Source of the DNA: Piedraia hortae CBS 480.64
Lineage: Eukaryota
Reading direction: 5' to 3'
DNA length: 64,000 nt
Assembly: GCA_010093745.1 (NCBI GenBank)
Contig: MU005984.1
Location: 1-64,000 of the forward strand
The notes under the pieces are model-generated. The model was not told the origin of the DNA. It was given only the letters and a program-made list of their open reading frames with translations, and did not search any database. Shown one piece after another: positions 59,673 to 64,000 of the stretch. Position 1 is the stretch's first letter, and each line of letters begins with the position of its first letter. Both the position numbers and the translations under genes were made by a program.

Positions 59673-60095
59673 TAGGCCATTCACAACAGGCGGCGTAATG
59701 AAAGCATGTGGCTATGCAAGGTTGCGCGGAGGCTAATGTGTGGCGCTCAAACATGATTGGCCGTCGAGGGGAGGGATCCAAACTGCGCCACTTTGGGGGG
59801 GGGAGAATACTCACCTTGATACCAGAGACATTCGCTATACAATGGGGTTATTGCTTTTGAAAATTTGACAATCTTACTCTGACGACTTGACTCCAGAGAA
59901 CCACGAAGCATACCGTTGAGCTCTTCCATGCCAAAGCGTTTGCCAAACGTACTACTGGTAAGCTATGTTATTGTATCATTCATTGGTGTGATCATTTCCT
60001 TTTAGCAACGGTAGGACAGTGGTTGGAGTATTACGTAATCAAACTCAGCTACCCCTCATCCCACCTTCCTCACTTCCTCCAATCACATCAAGACT

Positions 60096-60944
60096 ATGCC
60101 CAGGGCCGCGAGGCAGCGCGCGCAGCAAGCGCATGAGTCCCAGGCAGATGTAGATGTTACCCCAATCAACGTCCAAGATGTGGATAGGGAAATGGATGAT
60201 GGCGAAGGAGCAGAGAACCAATCCCCTTTATCAGACACGTGTTCATCAACAAACATAATTGGATCTTGTCCTCCGCCGGGCCTCAAAGACATCTCTTCCC
60301 TAGCATCCTGGACGGTCAGCAGCGCAAAGCCCGGGAACGGCGTCGCGGCGCTGCGATCCCCGGACCTGACGACGTTCTGGCAGTCTGACGGTCCCCAGCC
60401 GCACTACATCAACATTCACTTCTTCAAGCTCGTTTCCATTGCCGCCATCCGCCTTTATCTCGACTCAGAGCGCGACGAGTCCTACACGCCAACCAAAATC
60501 CAGTTCCTGGCGGGAATGGCCCCCAATGACCTGCAGCAATTTTCCGAAATGGATCTCGAAAACCCCATGGGCTGGAAGCAGGTCGACTTTTCAGGTGTAG
60601 GCCCCGTGCCGGACGACATGGACGACGACGACGACGACGATGATGCAGATGAAGAAGATGAGACAGACTGGTGTAAGCAACCGATACTAAAGGCGTTTGT
60701 CGTTCAAGTGCGCATACTGGAGAACCATCAGAATGGAAAGGATACCCATCTCAGGGCTTTGCAGGTTTTTGCAAGGGATGACGGGGATACCCGCTTTGAG
60801 TTGGCTTCAGAACAGATGAGGGCTTCGCCCGTGGCCAGGACGGATGTGTCTTCGCGGAGAGAGCCAACGACGCATCGTGCGCAGAGGCCTCTGGTGGAAG
60901 ACCACCTCAAGCCCGCTTCGTGGATGATGGTGCAACTGAGATGA
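60096..60944 (+). CDS. APC10: Anaphase-promoting complex subunit Apc10/Doc1
   Basis: LASWTVSSAKPGNGV, FWQSDGPQPH, DESYTP, ENHQNGKDTHLR, C-terminal LR tail; poly-Asp (GAC)n insert. Confidence 0.95.
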   Translation: MPRAARQRAQQAHESQADVDVTPINVQDVDREMDDGEGAENQSPLSDTCSSTNIIGSCPPPGLKDISSLASWTVSSAKPGNGVAALRSPDLTTFWQSDGPQPHYINIHFFKLVSIAAIRLYLDSERDESYTPTKIQFLAGMAPNDLQQFSEMDLENPMGWKQVDFSGVGPVPDDMDDDDDDDDADEEDETDWCKQPILKAFVVQVRILENHQNGKDTHLRALQVFARDDGDTRFELASEQMRASPVARTDVSSRREPTTHRAQRPLVEDHLKPASWMMVQLR

Positions 60945-61041
60945 TGACATACAACACCTGAGAGCTGACCTTAGAAGGGAATTCATTTCTCCGACTATTA
61001 GGTGACGAATGACGGCGTATCTAGACTAGCAACATGACAGC

Positions 61042-62376
61042 TCAACGTCTTGGCAAATTAACGTTGCTGGACGCATAAGCATTTTCAAGCTCGAATGTCG
61101 TCCTGCGAGCAAGATGACGCGATTGAGGAGGCTCTGCGGGGTCTTCATATGGATTGATTTGACTTGGCGGAGCATAGGGCATCGGTTGCCGTTCCGAAGT
61201 CAAACTCAACTCTAAGGGGCGATAATCACCCGATGACTGGCTGTCCGCTTGGTGCTGGTGTCGGGAGGATTCGTGTGTACCGTGATCTGCTGGCGAGCCT
61301 TGACTGTGTACTGACTGGGACTGTACTGCAGGGTCGGCCACTAGGGAGCGCTGAGCCGTCCCACCAAGTACCGGACTGGGGCCTAGCTTTGAGGGTCCAG
61401 GCGCAGGGCTGGGAGGGAGATTCAAAGAGGTATTTCCCATAGAATCTGTCGCAGTGCTCGGATTTAACGCATTTTGGGTTTCCTTGGCCCGCCTCGCTGC
61501 CAACATGGCCCGTTGATATGCACTTTCCGCACTATTAAGCTGTTCTGCTGTGTCAATTAGGGTATGCAGCGTATTGCTATCTAGACGTGGGTTTTCGCAG
61601 CCAATAAACCCTTGTATATCTTTCTGTGCCCTTTGGCATCGTTCGCTAAATTCTTTTGGCAATGGAGTGAGCACCAGGGAATGCGCCGGAGTTGACTCAA
61701 CCAACTGTGTCAAAATGGCAGCCGTGTTCCTGGCCTCTTCCACACGGGATGCCATTTCCTCTGGAGGAGGCAATCGTGGCTGATGAGGAAGCCCTTGAGG
61801 CATGGGAGGCGAGGGTGAGTAGATTACCGGCTGTCTCTGAGGATGCATGGCCAGCATCTTGCCTTTCTCGCGCTGCCACATCTGAATCAGCATCTGAGGC
61901 CCCGGGTCCCAGGCCCGTGAGCTTTCTATATGATCCAATGTTTCCCGTAGAATTTGGCCTGTCCCAGAGTTCGAAGAAGACCTCCAGAGCTCTTTGACGG
62001 TCGAAACAAAGGTCTTATCAAAGCACCGAGTGAATGTTGGGCCGGGATTATCGCCCAGGATTCGTATCAGCATGATGGCGTTGTAATGTACCCTTGGTGG
62101 GGCTCGACTATCAGCGAGATATCGTCGGATCAACTGGGCGGCTCGAGCAGCTGCCGAGGGTGAAGATTCGGCTGCTTCAACAATGACGGGGAGATGCAAT
62201 ACTTCATCGCCATTAGGGGAAGATTCACAAAATGATTTGATGGCTCTGCTGGCGTTCGCTTCTGGCGAATCAGGAGCATCTTGACTGCTGTCAAAGCCTA
62301 GTTCGGTCAGATACTACGATCAGTCCGTAACTTACTCACTTTGGCCTCTGTTAAGGAAGTTTGAGAAGCGCTTCAT
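61042..62376 (-). CDS. VHS/ENTH-GAT domain protein (Lsb5/Tom1-like); intron 62298-62339
   Basis: IKSFCES..DEVLHLPVIVEAAESSP, YNAIMLIRILGDNPGPTFTR, GAT-like RVEEARNTAAILTQ...EFSERC...TLIDT. Confidence 0.8.
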
Positions 62377-62676
62377 CCTGGATATGAGCTTGGTTCGCAG
62401 GCATCAAAGTTGTGTTCCATAGAGTGAGGCAGCCAGACGCTAAGCTAGTGTTGACGTAAACTGTGACACTATCTTACGTGTGTCCCATCACCCAAGCCCC
62501 TCAAAGCCAAACTTCATACAGGTATACATGTAGTGGGGACACTATATATCTAGGCTCAAAGTGAGTCAAGATCAACAGAATCAAGACTTCATTAATTCTC
62601 CCTGGAAGAGTTACATTGAATCCAAAACTGCCTTGTTCCCGAGTTTCCAGCCAGCTAGCCGCCACGTATTATTACA

Positions 62677-64000
62677 TCAGCCACCATAAAACCATCGGAG
62701 TGGTGCAGACAAGTAGGCGCCTCGAGTCGTATTCGTAGGACTTGAACGATCACTGGAAGGGCCAGAATTTGGGCTCGTATCTGGAGTCGTTGGGGTTATC
62801 GGCTCCTCGGCTGATCTCGCCTTTAGGATGGCTTGGTGATACATGCTCACACTAAGGCTCAGGTCGTTGGTGACATTAACGAGAGCGTCCAGTGTGTCGA
62901 TGTCCATATCAAGATTGTCGCAGTCAATATAAATCTGCAGCTCACTGCGTGCCGCCTGACAGTCCCCAACAAGAGCTTTGAACTTAGGTGTTGCCATCAT
63001 CTCCTGGGCAGAAGCATGGTGCAACATACTTCTCATGCAGAATTCCTGTGCTTTAACGTTCTGTATGCGAGCTACTAGTACTTCTCTTGAGGGCAATTGT
63101 GGCCGAAGGGCCTCTTGAGGTGCTTGAGGTGACTGTGGTGGTGGCGGGACATGACTCTGAGGGTCTACACTCTCGAGTGTATCCCTTGGAAAGCATGAAC
63201 TTCCGTTCTGGACATCTGAGCTCGCCATCCCGTCATTGTTCTGTGATTGTGTTGTCTCATCAACTTCCTGAGTGTCGTCCGTCCTAGAAACCTTGCTATC
63301 TACCGGTTGTGCAACAACGGTGACAGACTGAATGTCGTGTTTATCTTCGGATACACGCCTTGCGATTTGGTTTTCCTTTTCATGCTTAGATGCATCGTCT
63401 GCTCTTTCGACTTTGGCCAAAGTTCTCGCCCTCTCTACTTTTTCCTTGGAGTTTGCCTTTTCGCGTCGCCACATCTTAATGAGCACGCGCGCACCCGAGT
63501 CATCTACGCGAGTACACTCAACATGATCCAGAGTATCCCTCAATTGTCGGCGAGTCGACTCATCCGATGTATATCTCCACAGTTTTTTCACAGCCATCAC
63601 AAAGTTTTCGTCAAAGTGGCGCGTGAATGGCGGACCAGGATTATCGCTCAAGATATGGATCAATATAACTGCATAATACTGTACCTGAGGCTCCTCCTGA
63701 TGGTCAGTGAGGTATTCCCTGATTAGCATCGCAGCTTTCTGGGCTGCTAAAGGTGAAGATTCAGCTGCCTCGACAATGCTAGGTAGATGTACAAATTCGT
63801 CAGCGTCAGAGGAAACTTCACAAAACGTTTTGATGGCTTTCACGATGCCGTCTGCAGGATCTTGCATGGTATCATGTTTGGGCTTTTCGCCACGCTGCAA
63901 GTACGGTTTCTGAGGCATGTCGAATATAGGAGACTGCCTCGTGTATGCAGGAGGGGGTGTAGGACTCGGAGCTCGAGAGCTGCTTGGGCCCAATTCGCTG
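62677..64000 (-). CDS. Diverged tandem paralog of the VHS-GAT protein; 5' end runs off the window or starts at an internal Met
   Basis: IKTFCEVS..DEFVHLPSIVEAAESSP, YYAVILIHILSDNPGPPFTR, degenerate GAT region. Confidence 0.75.
   Translation of the reverse strand, partial: SELGPSSSRAPSPTPPPAYTRQSPIFDMPQKPYLQRGEKPKHDTMQDPADGIVKAIKTFCEVSSDADEFVHLPSIVEAAESSPLAAQKAAMLIREYLTDHQEEPQVQYYAVILIHILSDNPGPPFTRHFDENFVMAVKKLWRYTSDESTRRQLRDTLDHVECTRVDDSGARVLIKMWRREKANSKEKVERARTLAKVERADDASKHEKENQIARRVSEDKHDIQSVTVVAQPVDSKVSRTDDTQEVDETTQSQNNDGMASSDVQNGSSCFPRDTLESVDPQSHVPPPPQSPQAPQEALRPQLPSREVLVARIQNVKAQEFCMRSMLHHASAQEMMATPKFKALVGDCQAARSELQIYIDCDNLDMDIDTLDALVNVTNDLSLSVSMYHQAILKARSAEEPITPTTPDTSPNSGPSSDRSSPTNTTRGAYLSAPLRWFYGG

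Noticed and set aside
1..64000. CRISPR arrays, rRNA, tRNA, Starship captain, and the many short antisense ORFs in the track
   Set aside because: No supporting motifs were seen; the short ORFs are shadows of real genes.

Overview
Eukaryotic nuclear DNA from a compact filamentous-ascomycete genome; most introns are 39-60 nt and intergenic gaps are very short. A Dothideomycete origin is my inference, not shown by the sequence. There are 25 recognisable intact protein genes, including an AlkB homolog, KAR5, an M20 amidohydrolase, KCH1, a nitrilase, RCM1, TAF4, YSH1, a GNAT, ARL2, a DUF4045 protein, HSP104, a UBX protein, a class II aldolase, CGR1, PAN3, a LAMMER kinase, an NmrA-like protein, VTC4, SEC65, carnosine methyltransferase, APC10 and two tandem VHS-GAT paralogs. 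A U2 snRNA gene lies on the minus strand. Two gene-poor blocks interrupt the genes. The first (about 8.0-21.5 kb) holds a decayed Tad1-like LINE, gene relics and a candidate 45-aa membrane microprotein. The second (about 55.0-59.7 kb) holds a MULE relic, a DD34E Tc1 relic and a non-autonomous TIR element with CAC ends and TA flanks. The main unexplained signals are a deeply nested base-paired non-coding segment between U2 and SEC65, a second structured intergenic segment at about 31 kb, and recurrent strand-symmetric C-rich to G-rich skew switches. All family calls come from motif recognition; no searches or folding programs were run.
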